Part shown: piece by piece, positions 1 through 13,886 of the stretch
How positions within the stretch are numbered: position 1 is the first letter of the stretch
Layout: each line of letters starts with the position of its first letter
Position numbers and translations under genes: made by a program
NCBI GenBank assembly: GCA_010093815.1
Contig: ML996572.1
DNA: 64,000 bases
Strand: one strand, 5' to 3'
Source of the DNA: Pseudovirgaria hyperparasitica
Lineage: Eukaryota
The notes under the pieces: generated by a model
Database searches by the model: none
What the model was told of the DNA's origin: nothing
The model's input: only the letters and a program-made list of their open reading frames with translations

Positions 1-2431
1 AAAAGGTATAGATTAGTTGGTATACATCACCTCAGGCTGCGTGATGCTTCTTCCGGATTGATGATTGTTCATTCAAATCACATCCCTACTGGAGATTGCT
101 AGCAGCAACTGTGCCGATCAGTGAGTACTACTATTGAACACGTCCATACCCGCTCACAACGGGGAAATCCAAGTAGCTCGAGTACACAACCGAGCACGTC
201 TAACCGCCACATTCTGATGTGCTCGCTTGAAGAAAGTCGAAATTGCGTCAGGAGTAAACAAAGTACGTAACACTCTAAGCACCCCACCGAATTTCCGGGT
301 GAACCGGATGCAGGAGACGCATCAACATCACATCAGTACACCAATATTGCATACGTGGGTAAAATGGCGAATGTCCAACACACCAGAAGACGAATCGTCA
401 ACAATGATCCCACAATCGTCGATGGGACGGTCGTTTCCATTACAGTTTCAGCAGGGCAAGGGATGGCTAATTACTGATCCTGCTCTGATGACATGTTAGT
501 ACAAGGCTCGCAAGTCAGAAACAACGTCATTTACTAATCCCGGGAAAAAATATATAAGCTAAGCAGCAAGACTATTTTCTACTGCAAGAACAACTCTATT
601 AGGCTTTGGATAATAGTAGCACTTAGACTGGGACTCGGAGACTATATTATAAGACAACACTATCTCTAAAAGCCAGGATCCTAGCAAAAAGCTTACTAGT
701 TGAATAAATTTCTCTGTCTAGAAAAGATCGACCTCTAATTTTCTGGTTTTTCACTCGAAAGACTATAATCCTCTTGCATGAAACTACCTTAATTTGCGAT
801 CAGTCTGTTTCATCGACACTCAAGTTTCAACGTGGTGCGCACGGAACCCCACACAATAATGTGACATCTGCAGTAGCTGAGTTGATTACCGCCAAGATTG
901 GAAAACGCTAATTTTAGCGTGAGAAGAGGCCTGATTCAGAAGTTTTGATTGGCTATACAACGCACGTACATAGTAATAAGCGAGACTAAACATCATCTAT
1001 TAGGTTAAAAAGGAGCGCTGAGTACCCCCCCCCCAAAAGGCTCACACTAGACCCCAGTAGTATAGTAGTACTATGATCTTATTAGCTAGAAGATAGATAT
1101 ATTAGCTGATATGGTAATGCGTCTTTCAGTAAAGTGAATAAGATGTTATGTTACGCCAATGGTCCAACACATAATATTGCCAAAAATCCAACAGCAAGCC
1201 GAATCCGCTAGCTAGGAATACCAGACCAGACTGTTGCCAATCAACCTGCGGTTTAACGCGATGCTCTGACCTCAGTGAGGTCGTCGGCGGGCGCAGAGAG
1301 TGACAGAGTCAAAACTGTTGCTAAATATTCGGGCAACCTCAGAGTCAGTGCCTGCTTATGGCGTCAGCTTTGGGACCCCGCCAGCAGTCAGCCGATGGGC
1401 TCCTAGAGCTCTGATGGGTTCTATAGAGGTCGAGGACATATTTAGGGTGCCTTGCGTAGACGAGGGCAAAGGGAGAGCGATCGGCCTAACAGAACAAGCA
1501 TAAATTGGAGCTCCTGGGGTTGATGCGAGCCGCCTTAAGATCAGTGGAAGCACGCCTTTAAAGGTCCTGACTGAGGCGTTGCAAGATTGTTCGTGATGGC
1601 AGTAACGGCAGAATAGCAGACTCAAACGCGTAAGTCGCGATATCGCATGTAGATTATGGCAGCGATAGAGCATCTTCTCCTCAGGAGTTGTGAGATAGCT
1701 CGTAGAAAGTAGCGGTCGTGGAGCAGTAACTTAAAGTTGTGAGTTGCCCCGCCATTGGCTCAAATACCTCCTCGCATTCGAAGATCCTCCTATCAATCTT
1801 AGGAGCAAGTACTGCTGCAGGATGTTTACAGAGCGACGCTCCATGATCTTGTCCTTCAAATATCAATTGGAGGGTCCTGTCTTGATCTCGGTCAACCGCA
1901 CAGAGACAAGCACGCCGGAACCAGGCATCAAATAGCATCAAGAATAATGACACTTTAGAAAGGCCGAGAGCTCAGATGCTTTAATGCGAAGCATAGGGTT
2001 AAGAACCTCGATCCTGGGTTGAAGGCTTTGAACGGATATGAGCTTGCAGAGCTTGTACATTTACGAGCCTCAGAACGCGTAGTGAGTGACGTGTGTATGT
2101 GTATGAATCAGGTACTGTTGATCGCATTATCGTCACTTGTGGGTATCGTGCGCGCAAGCTTTTTAGGTGTCTTCTCCACAACGATCATTGTGCGCTGTAC
2201 ATACCATCTCTGGCAGATTCGCGTAAATCCCTGTGCACATCACTGTTGGATCAGTATCTCTCACTAGCATCAAAGCCAGAGGTAGGGCACGGTGCAGAGG
2301 TCGTCTTGCAAACGGCCCGAGGCGCCTTCGGACTCGGCGTCGTAGTCGGACTACGGTCCACACAACATTTCGTTAGCATGGATATAAAATTTGTGTCGAC
2401 TGATCACGAAGATCAGTAATACCATTGCGGT

Positions 2432-3511
2432 TCAGCGATTCACAATCCGGTGCTCGGCGCCGGGTCCCAGTGTGATAAGTTCAGGCAATGGAGGTGGTTT
2501 GGACCTGACGTCGCCGTCGGTGATGCTCAATAACTTCCTCGCATCGTCCTGGTTGTACTTGTGGATTCTGACCGTCTTGACCGAGATACCCGACTTGTCC
2601 TTGTCGGCATCGTGGGCGCCAACCCATGTCTTGCAGAGAAGGTTTCGCGCTATGTTCACGCCTCCGGGACAGCCATGTGCAATATTACCGCCAAGAAACC
2701 ACGGATTCTCCACACGGTCGAATGCATGAATGAGCAGGTTCAGGGGGAGGGCAGCTTCTTCCACTAGATGGGAGGAGGCGTACGGCTTGATGACATCGTA
2801 TGGCACGCCATGGGGCGAGTATATCACCGATAGGGTTTTCTCGCGATTGTTCGTCGGTGAGGGTGAGAGCGTGCATGACGTCGTTGATATAGTCCGCAGC
2901 GATGCGGGCGAGGCAGGAGGCGTGGGCGGGAGATTGACATACAGAGCCGGAGCAGATAAGACACTATAGGGCGGGCGGTATGTGATTCCGAAGGCGTGGT
3001 GAGAACCAGTGAGGTCCCATTTCGCGGGCATCCAGGCGATAGTGACTTCGCCAGGATGGCCTGTCCGGGAGAATGCAGGCACCTCCAATCTGCAGACGGA
3101 CGCGGCATCTCTCTCATCGTACTTGTCCATGGCAATGATGCAATTGGGGTCGAAATACTGCCATGATTTTATCTTCTTCGCCGCGGCCGGCGTCGCAACG
3201 ATAGTCGATGAGAGGTCGCGCGGGAGTTGGCAGAGAGTGTCGCGGTTACAGTGGTCTGGCTTGTCCTGCGAGACGATGATAAGGTCGGGCTCATGCGGCA
3301 GCTGGGTCAATGATTCGATACACGGCTTCGTTTTGTGATGGACCAAGGCGAATTTGGGATGAAAAACTTGCGTGGACTCTGTCAGCCAAGGGTCGACGAG
3401 GACGGTGAAAGAGCCGGGATACGAATCAGAGGAGGCGACTGGAGCAACGGGAGGAGAGAAAGTGAGGAGGAAGCTGGAATCACCATTCAAGCTCTTAACG
3501 GACACGGCCAT
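2432..3511 (-). CDS. Conserved fungal protein with a metallo-beta-lactamase-like fold (degenerate metal motif)
   Basis: Intronless 359-aa ORF. LNGDSSFLL, VLVDPWL, IIVSQDKPDHC and a late VGAHD follow the MBL-fold motif order, but HxHxDH is replaced by QDKPDH. Confidence 0.7.
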   Translation of the reverse strand: MAVSVKSLNGDSSFLLTFSPPVAPVASSDSYPGSFTVLVDPWLTESTQVFHPKFALVHHKTKPCIESLTQLPHEPDLIIVSQDKPDHCNRDTLCQLPRDLSSTIVATPAAAKKIKSWQYFDPNCIIAMDKYDERDAASVCRLEVPAFSRTGHPGEVTIAWMPAKWDLTGSHHAFGITYRPPYSVLSAPALYVNLPPTPPASPASLRTISTTSCTLSPSPTNNREKTLSVIYSPHGVPYDVIKPYASSHLVEEAALPLNLLIHAFDRVENPWFLGGNIAHGCPGGVNIARNLLCKTWVGAHDADKDKSGISVKTVRIHKYNQDDARKLLSITDGDVRSKPPPLPELITLGPGAEHRIVNR

Positions 3512-4880
3512 GGCGATGATGGACGACGAGGCATGAAAGCATGTCGAAGCGTGAGGAGGAGAGAGGGGACGAGCAGGAGAGCAGCATATTCGGCGGCGGA
3601 GGAGGAGGAGGAGGAGGTACAGGACTTAATATAATATCAATAATCAAAGTGGAGAGATGTCCGGAGTGACAAGAGAAACCCTGGACGTTCTTTGTGTGTC
3701 TGTGTGTGTGCTGAGCACTGAGCAGCAAGATTAGGCGGTGCAGCAGTCGATAATCAGTGGATTAGTGGGGGCTCTGCAGCTGCATCCATGGCACACATGT
3801 GCGCGCCCTCGCTTACTCTCGCCCTCGGACATGGCGCTTTTTTGTTTATTATCACTACACTACTAACTATCATCGCCCAGAATCCAGACTTCAGAATCCA
3901 GAATCGACACAGCCCGGATTCCAGACCTCTCGCATACGACTTGTTGCGTCTTGCGTATTGCAGCGTGGCGGCCGGCATCGTGTGTTCCGCTGTGGAAAGT
4001 GCCGAACTCATGTACTGACTTGACAATAGGCACTTGTTACACGGTATAATTAATCAAACGATTCGCGGCCTGTCCAATCATCGTCGGTCCTATCGCGACT
4101 CGGCTAAAGATGGCAAAGAGTTCTTGGCTCAGGAACAGTAAGAGAAGCAGACTGGGGGCTGACAGCTGGCAGCAGAGTGGAGACGCGACAAACATAAACA
4201 ACGACTAATTACTCCACTGCTGCTTGGTTGATAGGTACAGTTGATGTATCCACATATAGATATGAAATGTATACTTTATGCGGCTGAGACACTCCGAGGT
4301 CGTGGAGATCTGGACCTAACCTTACACCAACCAACCAACCACATCGCAAATCCGGACGGTCGCCTGGGTGCGTCATCGTGCTTGTACAGCTTCGACCTCC
4401 TCCACATCAGGGGCCGCCATTTGTCCCGTGCGAAGCCATAATATGCCTGAAACCAGTGTTATGTGCTTTGCTCTCGTCGAATCGGCTGTCGCGCAGACGT
4501 GGATGCATGATGACAACTGACTACCACAGTATGCATCACCAGCAAAGCCAAGCCAGAGATGTTGGAAGCTTGACAGGCTCTTGGATAGATAGAGAACAAC
4601 AGAGACGAATGATGCTTAATGCAGTGTGTCTGGCTGAACAGCTCTAGACACAATTGTTGCTTCAAGAGGTACCTCTACTCCGTGACTGTGATACGTATTA
4701 GCGACTGCGCACAAAGGCAGAGAGTCAGGCTGGGTGGTGCATACGTTACTGATAGCACAGCAACACTATAGCAGTCGAGACATGATTTTATCATTACTGT
4801 TATGATCTATTCATGATTTTCTTTGGTTGCAGTCAATGGATGCGACTGAGCTGGAGAGCGTTCGATATTGTAATGAGTTG

Positions 4881-5070
4881 GTGTGTGTGTGTGTGTGTCT
4901 AGCAGATCCATCGGCCGTGTAGGTTAGAGTGGATGGATGGATGATGCAGCAGCTCAGAGCAGCCCCTCGTTGCCCGCCCTTCACTCTCTCTAGCCCCTCT
5001 GTTCCCCCCTCTGTTTCCCCCTCGTTGCCCCCCGCCTCTCTCCCCTCTCTCACAATCTCTCTCTCTCTCT
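4881..5070. repeat. (GT)n, (GGAT)n and (CT)n microsatellites and a pyrimidine-rich tract upstream of the zinc-finger gene
   Basis: Visible directly in the sequence. Confidence 0.8.
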
Positions 5071-5486
5071 GTCCCTCACACACGTCAATCCATGCAGCCG
5101 ACTACCCTTCTATTCGACTAATCACCACTAATTACCTGGCACCCACTCACTGCAGCTTCACCACACCACCCAACCCAACCCAATCTCATCTGCTACTGTA
5201 CTCCACCTTTACCTCTACCACCCAAAACCCACACACACAACACCTTCACCTTCATCCCGAGCTCCCCCCAAAACAGCTCTGCGACCCCAGATTTCACTCG
5301 TCACACTTTGCAGCTCGAGCTCGTCCAGCTCTCCTACAGCTTACTACCAGCTTCAATCGTCCAATTCCCGCCCCCTCGTCCTTCTCGTCTTCCTCGCCCT
5401 CCTCGACCCCGCCCTCCTCGGTTGCCTCCCAGGTTGCGCACAGACGAGGGCCTTTCTGCAGCAATCCGTGAGCTTCGTGATTGGTG

Positions 5487-6999
5487 ATGCCGCAACACCG
5501 GAACTCAAACTCGCTCACCAGCTCCTTTTCCGTATCCGATGCCAACAATGAGGTTGTCTGTCCGTTGAAGAATCATGACGGGACGAGTTGCCGGAAGCGC
5601 TGTATCGGCGTGAGTCGCCCGCTTCACCAGCAGAGGCTGTTCACTCCACAACACATTAACGCCCGCTTTCTACCTCTAGGAAAAACGATATCGTTCCATG
5701 CAGGAGCATATCCGTCGAGCACATCCCGAGCATTACCTTCCAAAGCTTCCTGCCACTGAAGAGAGCTTCATGCTGATGGTCAACACCCCACCATCCGAAC
5801 GTCCTCCACCACCAGCACCCCCCGTTACTAGCGCCGGCCCGACGAGTACGTCTCTCATATACAGTATACTGTGCATTGGCTGACAGGACAAGACTACACA
5901 GAGAGCATTCCGTACTACGATGACTTTGGCTCGAGTAGCACTAACAGAGCGACTGATGATGTACGCAGAGGTTCTATGCTGCCGGCTGCCGCTGCCCTAG
6001 CACAATTGCACACACACCGCCCCGAGCCGGAACAATGGTTCAATGAAGATGCGTTTGAGAACGATTGGGGAGGTGGATTGGCAACAAACGGCATGACAGA
6101 CGCCCTGCAACTGTCCGACTCCGAGACGAAGGCCCAGCGCCCAAAGGCAAGGTTGGCGTCCATGTCGTTGGAGCAGCAGATGGCTGTTGACGAGCCCTAT
6201 TTCACCCCGACGTCTAGACCGAGAGAATTGTTGCCGTCCTCACTGGCTCGCTCTCCTCCCGGCCGCTCCACAACCCTGCCACCTGGTCTCAAAGCCGTCA
6301 AGCCGAACAGGCCCAGGAAACCCTCACTCGGCCAGAATGCAAGGAAGCCCAAACACGAGCGCCAAAAATCCAAGGAGCATGCCAGGCTGATGAACTATGA
6401 CAGAAAGGCCTTCTCTGCCGAGCCGCAAAGTGCCGCAGCGCTCTATGGCAAGAGGTGGGAGGACTTGATAGATGCAGCAGCTTCTGCAACGGAAGAAGAT
6501 AGCCGCGACCTGACACCGGTAAGTGGATGGGGAGACTACAAGTCATGCAAGTTAACAGCTTCAGGTACCTCCCTCGCCCCAGATGCTCAGCCGGTCGTCG
6601 GTGCCACCGTACATGGCAAATCAAATGCAGTCGTACACCGCATCGCCTTTGCAACATACTCTGACTCCACCGCCACCAGAGACGAACGACCTGCAGCCAT
6701 TCCCATCTGTCGAGTCCTCCATAGACTCTGCAGTATCTGGCCAGAACTTCCATATGCCCTCACAAGGCTTATCTGACTCTTCTCCGACGAGATCATACCC
6801 GGTCCAGATATATTGTGCGGCTTGCCGAAAGTTGTCAATTCTCCGGAACAGCTATGCCTGCACAGAATGCATATGTGGACTATGTCAGGACTGTGTCGAG
6901 GTTCTTGTCACCGAACAGGCTCGAGCACGGCCGGCTCGATGTCCGCGATGTTCTGCGGTCGGTGGCAAATACAAACCATTTATGCTCGACATAAGATGA
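5487..6999 (+). CDS. Zinc-finger protein (N-terminal C/H-rich finger, C-terminal RING-like Cys cluster), spliced
   Basis: ATG at 5487; GT-AG introns near 5610-5679, 5846-~5892 and 6519-6565 join CPLKNHDGTSCRKRCIG|EKRYRSMQEHIRRAHPEHY to the C-terminal CAAC..CTECICGLCQDC..CPRC. Confidence 0.75.
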
Positions 7000-7728
7000 A
7001 GGGTGGCCGGCTCTGAGAAAGCCAGTGCCTTGCTAGTGTTACCACACCTCTGCCGTTGTGACTGCAGAATTTTTGCATCCTCCAGTAACACAAATTTGAT
7101 CTCCGCGTTTTCTTTTGTCTTTACGGGGCCGGATCTTCATCCACACGGAGTTAGTGCATTTACAGAGCCAGATCAGGCATCTACTGGTTGGACCGGGAGT
7201 TGAGGATAGAAAACCGCTGATTGCATCGCTCTGCTGAGCATGCACAGCGTCGACACAGACGGAGTTGATATTGGATTTTTGGGAGGGGAGGGAATGGAAG
7301 GGGTTGGGGGAGGGATATTGTCTTTATGCGCATAACGTCATGGGTCAGGAGTGTGTGCATACCATTCGCTCGCTACGTGTGAGGGTAGAGGGGCTTTGTT
7401 CATCGATAACGGCTCGTCACAGATAGAGATTTGATGTTGATATCCTAGATTTCCAGAGAGAAAATCATCATATTCTGGAGAGCTGTCGTACGCAGCAGCA
7501 GAATACATTACACCACAGCATTCATACAATTCCCGCTCCGAACTATCTGGCTGCATTAGTTCGGAGCAGGACTGGGTTTCTGCTTTGGGATTTGTCTTCA
7601 GTATCCGTGACTGAAGACACGGAAATAATATCACAGAAATGATATAACACGGAAATAATAACACAGCAACCACGAATACTCCGAGAAAAATACATATGCA
7701 CACACAAATACCGCTGCCTCAATCCCAA

Positions 7729-7753
7729 CATCCCATCCCATCCCATCCCATCC
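7729..7753. repeat. (CATCC)n pentanucleotide repeat
   Basis: catcccatcccatcccatcccatcc. Confidence 0.85.
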
Positions 7754-8280
7754 AACAATCATCTCGGATTAAGGAATCAGTATTCCATAGGGATTGAGAC
7801 TGCAGCTCAAACCCGTCCGGAGCGTGTGTGTGTAACAGATATACCTAAACAGCCATTGTTGAAAGCTACCCCTCCCATCTCATCCCTGCTACTTACATAC
7901 CTACCTACATACCTCCCTACCTGGCTGCAGCAATGCAGGTGCATGCTTACTATAAAGCAGACGGAGCCGCCCCACTTGATTGCTTACTTACTCCCGTCCA
8001 TCTTCGGTATCCGAAGCATCACATCAAAGGTAAAGGTGTATACGGCCTTGCTTCTTAGATCACAAAATTAGAAATATGGGATGGGTCGAGCGCGCGTAAT
8101 GGTAACGTATGCCCTGGTATTTGATATATGCTTGACCTGTCACCTCAACTCCTCGCTCGCCTTTTTCGACTTTCCGATTTCAATCTTTCTGGACCTATCA
8201 ATGATGAAATGCAAACCTCCTTTGCTCAAATCTAATAGTTTACCTCAGCCAGTCATCGTTTCCGTTTCGTTTCGTGCTCT

Positions 8281-9165
8281 CTAGGGTTTAGGTATGCGGA
8301 TCGTCTTGCTGACCATCAGGCTTCCGTGCAGTATGAACATGATGGCGAGAGGGTGGAATTCGAAGGGTGTGCCGACAAGTGCTGCGCCGAAGGGGATGTT
8401 CTCGTGTACCCAGCCTTGTGATACCCAGTAGGCCATTAGTGCGGTCGTGCCAAGCGTCGTAGGAATGGGGGTGCCTTCAAAGTATTTCGATTTTCCGGTT
8501 GCATCTTTGGGGAGAACAGATACTGTGACGTTGAAGCGTGCGAGACGTGTGAGGCCGCATAGAACGAAGACTGTCAGGAGGATATGGTCGACTGGGGTGC
8601 GGAGACCCATGGCGAAGGCTGCTACGGCCGGCGACATTCCAAAGGACAGCTGCTACAGTTAATTTGGGCGCAACTTGCAAGTGGTAAGGCCGAAATACCA
8701 GATCAGCGAGCGAGTCAAGCTCTTGTCCCATGAGTGACGCCTTTCCTCTCCATCGTGCGACCTTGCCGTCCAGGGCGTCAAAGAAGAACCCGAACGGGAT
8801 GAGCGCGAGCGCAGCATACAAATTCCCCAAATCGTGTGGGTTACCGAGGCAGTAGCGAAGGGATGAGAATACGGACATGACACCGCAGAATCCTGCAACT
8901 ATTGTGAGCATTTGGTCGTCCACGCTGCAGCGCAATACGTACCGTTGAGCTCTGTGATGTAGTCGGCCATATGGAGCGCTCTGTAGGGAAGTCAGACAAC
9001 AATGCATCATCGGGATCAGCATCGCACGAACCTCACGAGCGAAAAGTGGCCGGCGTCAGAAGATAGAAGCCTTGCCTGCTTGTCTTGAGCTTGGTCGGGC
9101 TTCTTGTCGTCCTTCTCGACACCGCCATTTGGCGCTCCCCATGGCTGGTTGCTTCTTCGCGACAT
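8281..9165 (-). CDS. CHO1: CDP-diacylglycerol--serine O-phosphatidyltransferase (phosphatidylserine synthase)
   Basis: Four exons splice to MSRRSNQ...[22 protein letters not shown]...[35 protein letters not shown]...RLARFN. This is the CDP-alcohol phosphotransferase signature DxxDGxxAR...GxxxDxxxD. Confidence 0.93.
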
Positions 9166-9865
9166 GATTGAGCAGTAGGTCTCTGTAGGATTGCAGGACG
9201 GGGAGAGGAATTGGGGAGTAAGGGTCAGTTATTCAGGGTCTCAGCAGGAGATGTGGTGGTTGTTGGATTGTTGAAGTTGCGTGCGGGCCGAGTAGCAGCT
9301 GGTTTTGTTTTCAAGCTTGCGCGTGGTCCCAACGTCATACGGTCATAGCCACAGCAGAGCCGCCGCACAAGCCAGCCCGCGCTAGCCCGCATTTTCTTGT
9401 GAATGATAGGGTACTGGAGTTAGGATACGGGTATATCTGCGACTTTATCAATAGGCCTGCAGCAAAGCAACAATCACCAGAAAAGCTGTAGTAGAGGAAT
9501 GGACAGGAGTTTTAGTAGATGGATGCATCAGGAAGTTGACGATACTACCTATCTGCTTCTGGGATGAAACACAAGCCTGATGATACTAGCCACTATTGAG
9601 TGACCCTAAAGCGTGCGTACGCTCTGATGATTCTCATGACAAAGCATTCCAGCCGCCCGTTGGATTGAGCATGGATGAACCTGAGGTACTATAGGTCGCG
9701 TTAATCCAAGGCTTTTGGCCGAAGATATCTTGTGCTTTTAACATGGCTCAAAGGGTGTTGGCATAACCTTTTTCTGCGCCAAAATCATGTTTAAGTTGCC
9801 CAACCCGGTCCGCAGACCACCTATAACGCCAATGCGCCGTGACCGTATGTTACAGTGCCTCTTTT

Positions 9866-10708
9866 TCACCCGCGACCCCGTCCAAAACCACGGCCACCTC
9901 CTCTCGAGGCTCCGCGACCTCCAAAACCGCCTCCACCAAATCCTCCACGAGGAGCGCCCCGTGATGATCCACCAAATCCACCACGTCCTCGTGGAGCTCC
10001 TCGGCCTCCACCACGTCCGCCAAATCCGCCTCGTCCACCCCTATCTCCGAAGCCTCCACGGCCTCTGCTTGAGCCTCCTGCTCGTTTTGGCTTTGGGGCG
10101 CCTGGGGGAGGCTTGGGTTTCGGCAAAAATCTAGCATTGATGAGATCCAGTCCAGGAATTGCAAAGAGAGTGCTTACTTGACGAGAGGTAAAAGCTTGTC
10201 ACCGCCGATGTAGAACTTGTCGCCAGCCTTGAAAGAAGTTGCGACTATTCCTTCCTGCGGTTTGATCGTAAAGTATACTGAGTTGATCGGACCGAGTACT
10301 TCGTCGACTTTGCCAATGGGAGTCTTGTGTGCATCATAGTGTGAGCTTATGCTGTCATGATATAAAATATCCGACATACCTTGTTCTCGAGATATATGGG
10401 AGCATTGAAATATGGTATCTTCTCGTTGATGGATTCACACACAATCTCGCCCTCGCACGCGTGCATGAAGGAGCCCATTTCTGCATCCAGTCAGTCTATG
10501 TTCCCATTGGCATCTGAATAGTATGTACCAAACACGGAATCAGGTGGTCCAAACGATTGGAAGCCTCCGCGACCTGAAATCCTCGATGTTAGCTTGCGCA
10601 AAGTATGGCGCACTGCGCAGGATACATACTGCCGCCACGAGAGCCGCCTCGTCCGCCGAAGCTGCCACCACCTCCTCCACGGCCGCGTGGAGCTCCTCTG
10701 AATGACAT
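9866..10708 (-). CDS. GAR1: H/ACA snoRNP subunit Gar1
   Basis: RGG-rich N- and C-termini flank the core [81 protein letters not shown]; four introns. Confidence 0.95.
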
Positions 10709-10938
10709 AATTGAGTGTTGCGAAGTTGCGAGTTTTACTGCTGGCGTGGATAGCTGCTAGAATGTGCGTGGGATATTTTTCTTGAGGCTCGAAAAACTAG
10801 TGAGATGTAGGGAGTGGGATCCGAGACAGCTCGCTCCTTAAGAAAGTGGCTAGTGGCTCCCCGCCATTTTGCCGTTGTGACTGTGTCGGAAATATCGTGG
10901 AGGGGCAGAGCAACCACTCGACTCACAATCAAGCCACC

Positions 10939-13267
10939 ATGGAAGCTGTCAAAGACGCCGCCGAGGGAGTGAAGAATCTGGTGGTGTCAGACAAGCCGAA
11001 GAAGGAAAAGAAGAAGAAAGGCCCCACGGGTGACTCCAGCGCAAGACCTACCGAGCTCAGTCCCCCACCCGAGTACTTCGACCACCGCATCAAGATCTTC
11101 GAGCGATTAAAGAAGAAGCAAGACGAGGAGATCGCACAGAAGCCGAGAGAGGCGATCAATGTCACGCTTCCGGACGGATCAATCAAGCCTGGGCAATCAT
11201 GGGAGACCACGCCCGCAAAGATTGCGCAAGAACTGAGCAAGTCTTTATTCGAGAGAACTGTTGTCGCCAAAGTAAATGGCGAGCTGTGGGATCTAGAGAG
11301 ACCACTTGAAAATAGTTGCAAACTGGAACTGCTAAGCTTCGACGACCCGGAGGCTAAGAGGGTATTTTGGCATTCAAGTGCCCACATTCTTGGAGAGGCT
11401 GCGGAACGACGGTTTGGCAGTGACCTTTGTATCGGACCACCTGTGGACGATGGCTTCTACTACGAAATGTCAATACCAGACAACGGGATCGTGAGTCAAG
11501 ACGACTACAAACCGCTCGAGACTATCGCAAACAATGCCATCAAAGAGAAGCAGCCATTCGAGCGGCTTACCCTCACAAAAGATGATCTGCTAGAGATGTT
11601 CAAGAGCAACAAGTACAAGCAACATATAATCAAGGATAAGATACAAGATGGTACCAGTACTACCGTATACCGCTGTGGTCCTCTCATAGACCTCTGCAGA
11701 GGACCTCACGTGCCACACACAGGGCGAATAAAGGTGTTCAAGATTATGAAGAACTCGGCGTCGTACTTTCTCGGCGATGCCAAGAACGATTCTTTGCAGC
11801 GTATTTACGGTGTCTCATTCCCGGACAAGAAGCAGATGGATGAGCATATCAAATTTCTCGAAGAAGCTGCTAAGCGTGACCACCGAAAGATTGCCAAAGA
11901 GCAGGAGCTTTTCTTCTTCCACGATTGGTCCCCTGGCTCTGCATTCCTGCTACCCCACGGTATGACCATATACAATACACTCCAGGCCTTCATTCGGTCT
12001 GAATACTGGAAGCGAGGCTATCAAGAGGTTCAGACACCAAATATGTACAATTCTGCCCTGTACAAGCAATCGGGTCATTGGGCCTACTATCAGGATGACA
12101 TGTTCGTTCTCGATGTTGAAAAAGAGAAGTGGGGTCTGAAGCCTATGAACTGCCCGGGTCATTGTCTGCTGTTTGGACATCGTGAAAGGAGCTACCGCGA
12201 GCTCCCAATGCGCATTGCAGACTTTGGAATCCTGCACCGTAACGAAGCTTCCGGAGCACTTACTGGCATGACAAGAGTACGCCGATTTGTACAGGACGAT
12301 GCACATATTTTCTGTACAGAGGATCAGGTAAACATTTCAGTCAATAATATGCCTTACTATACTGACACAGTCATAGATTGAGGAAGAAATTGGAGGTCTT
12401 TTCGAATTCATGGAAGCTGTCTACGGCTGCTTCGGCTTCACTTTCAAATTGAAGCTGTCTACAAGACCAGATGACTACTTAGGGACCCTTGAGACGTGGG
12501 ACAAAGCAGAAGCACGTCTCACTGCTGCTTTGGACGGCTTCGCTGCTCGCGGTGGAGGAGTATGGGAGCTCAATCCTGGTGATGGTGCTTTCTACGGACC
12601 CAAGATCGACATCACCATCTCCGACGCCTTAAAGCGAGAATTCCAGTGCGCTACGTTCCAACTAGACTTCCAAAATCCTATCCGGTTTGGTCTCGAGTAT
12701 CAGACACCAGACACCTCCAAGGCCAAAAGCAGCGCACCAGCATCAACTGAAAAGTCAGCTGAACCTCAAGGTACTCCACAGCCCAAAGCAGAGACCAAGG
12801 CTAAGGACGGTGTTACCCTGCGGCCGCTTACTCAGGGCTATGCACGTCCCGTCATGATTCATCGCGCATTATACGGAAGCTTCGAACGATTCCTCGCTAT
12901 TATTATCGAGCATTTTGCTGGCAAGTGGCCTTTCTGGCTTAGCCCTCGACAGTTACTAGTGATTCCTGTGATGCCTGCTGCCAATGACTATGTACAAGAA
13001 GTGCAAAAGATCTTCCGTGAGAAAGGTTTCCACGCCGACATCGATATCAGCGGCAACACCATGCAAAAGAAGATTCGCTCTGGACAGCTGGCAGCATACA
13101 ATTTCATCTTCGTGGTCGGAGCACAGGAGAAAGAGAGCCGCACGGTCAATATAAGAAATCGTGACGACCCATCTACCCAGGCAAAGGGAGACCTGATTCC
13201 GCTGGATGATGCACTTGAAAGATTGACCAAGCTGCGCGAGAGTCGGGATTTGAAAAATGCAATCTAG
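10939..13267 (+). CDS. THS1: Threonyl-tRNA synthetase (cytoplasmic type)
   Basis: TGS domain, [53 protein letters not shown] and an anticodon-binding domain; one intron at about 12328-12377. Confidence 0.97.
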
Positions 13268-13886
13268 GTGAGGCTGTTGGGGCGCAAGCACATGTCTTTG
13301 TAGAGGAAGGGCAAAAAAACTTGATGTTCGTTCGTGAACGTTTTCGTGTATCGGTATAGCCGTTTTCGTCGCGAGGTGTACCCAGGGTCGGAGGGGCCTT
13401 TATTGCGGCCATCATACACTAACGCTATAAACAAACGCCACCGTATGTGTGCGTCCCTCATGGCGACATTCACTTGCATTTCACTTGAGTCGGTGATTTA
13501 AGCTCAGCAACTCAACAGTGTACAACCCAGTTCCCTGCTTGAATCACATGACTTTGTGTCGCGTCGCGTATAGACCTCCTACCTTGTTATCCAGTCATTT
13601 CTTCTACATTCATTTCCCCGCTTTGTGAACACAACCATGTTTCTAAGCCCAATACACATCTGCGTCACATTCTGAGATTTTGATGTAATACACTAAGACG
13701 CACATATCTGTACCACACAGAGCTATCTTGATCGAGCGCAAGGCTGCTCTGGCTGCCAGTGGTTTTCTGCCGGCAACAAGAATCTCAGTCCCATGCAAGA
13801 TCTGTTCATCTCAGTACACCCTCCAGCGGACTGTATCTAACAACTTGGGGTCGCCTGCCATCTGGTCATAAGTTCCAGCAACCAAG

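Noticed and set aside
7617..7672. Degenerate ACACGGAAATAATA tandem units
   Set aside because: Only a few imperfect copies in a 3' intergenic region with no unique spacers; an ordinary minisatellite, not CRISPR-like.
9578..9684. TGATGA...CTGA pairs suggesting box C/D snoRNAs near GAR1
   Set aside because: Spacing is short (50-60 nt) and I recognised no terminal stem or rRNA-antisense guide. A snoscan run would be needed.
10846..10938. In-frame GTG extension of THS1 as a non-AUG mitochondrial isoform
   Set aside because: The extension is not Arg-rich or amphipathic and lies in the shared promoter.
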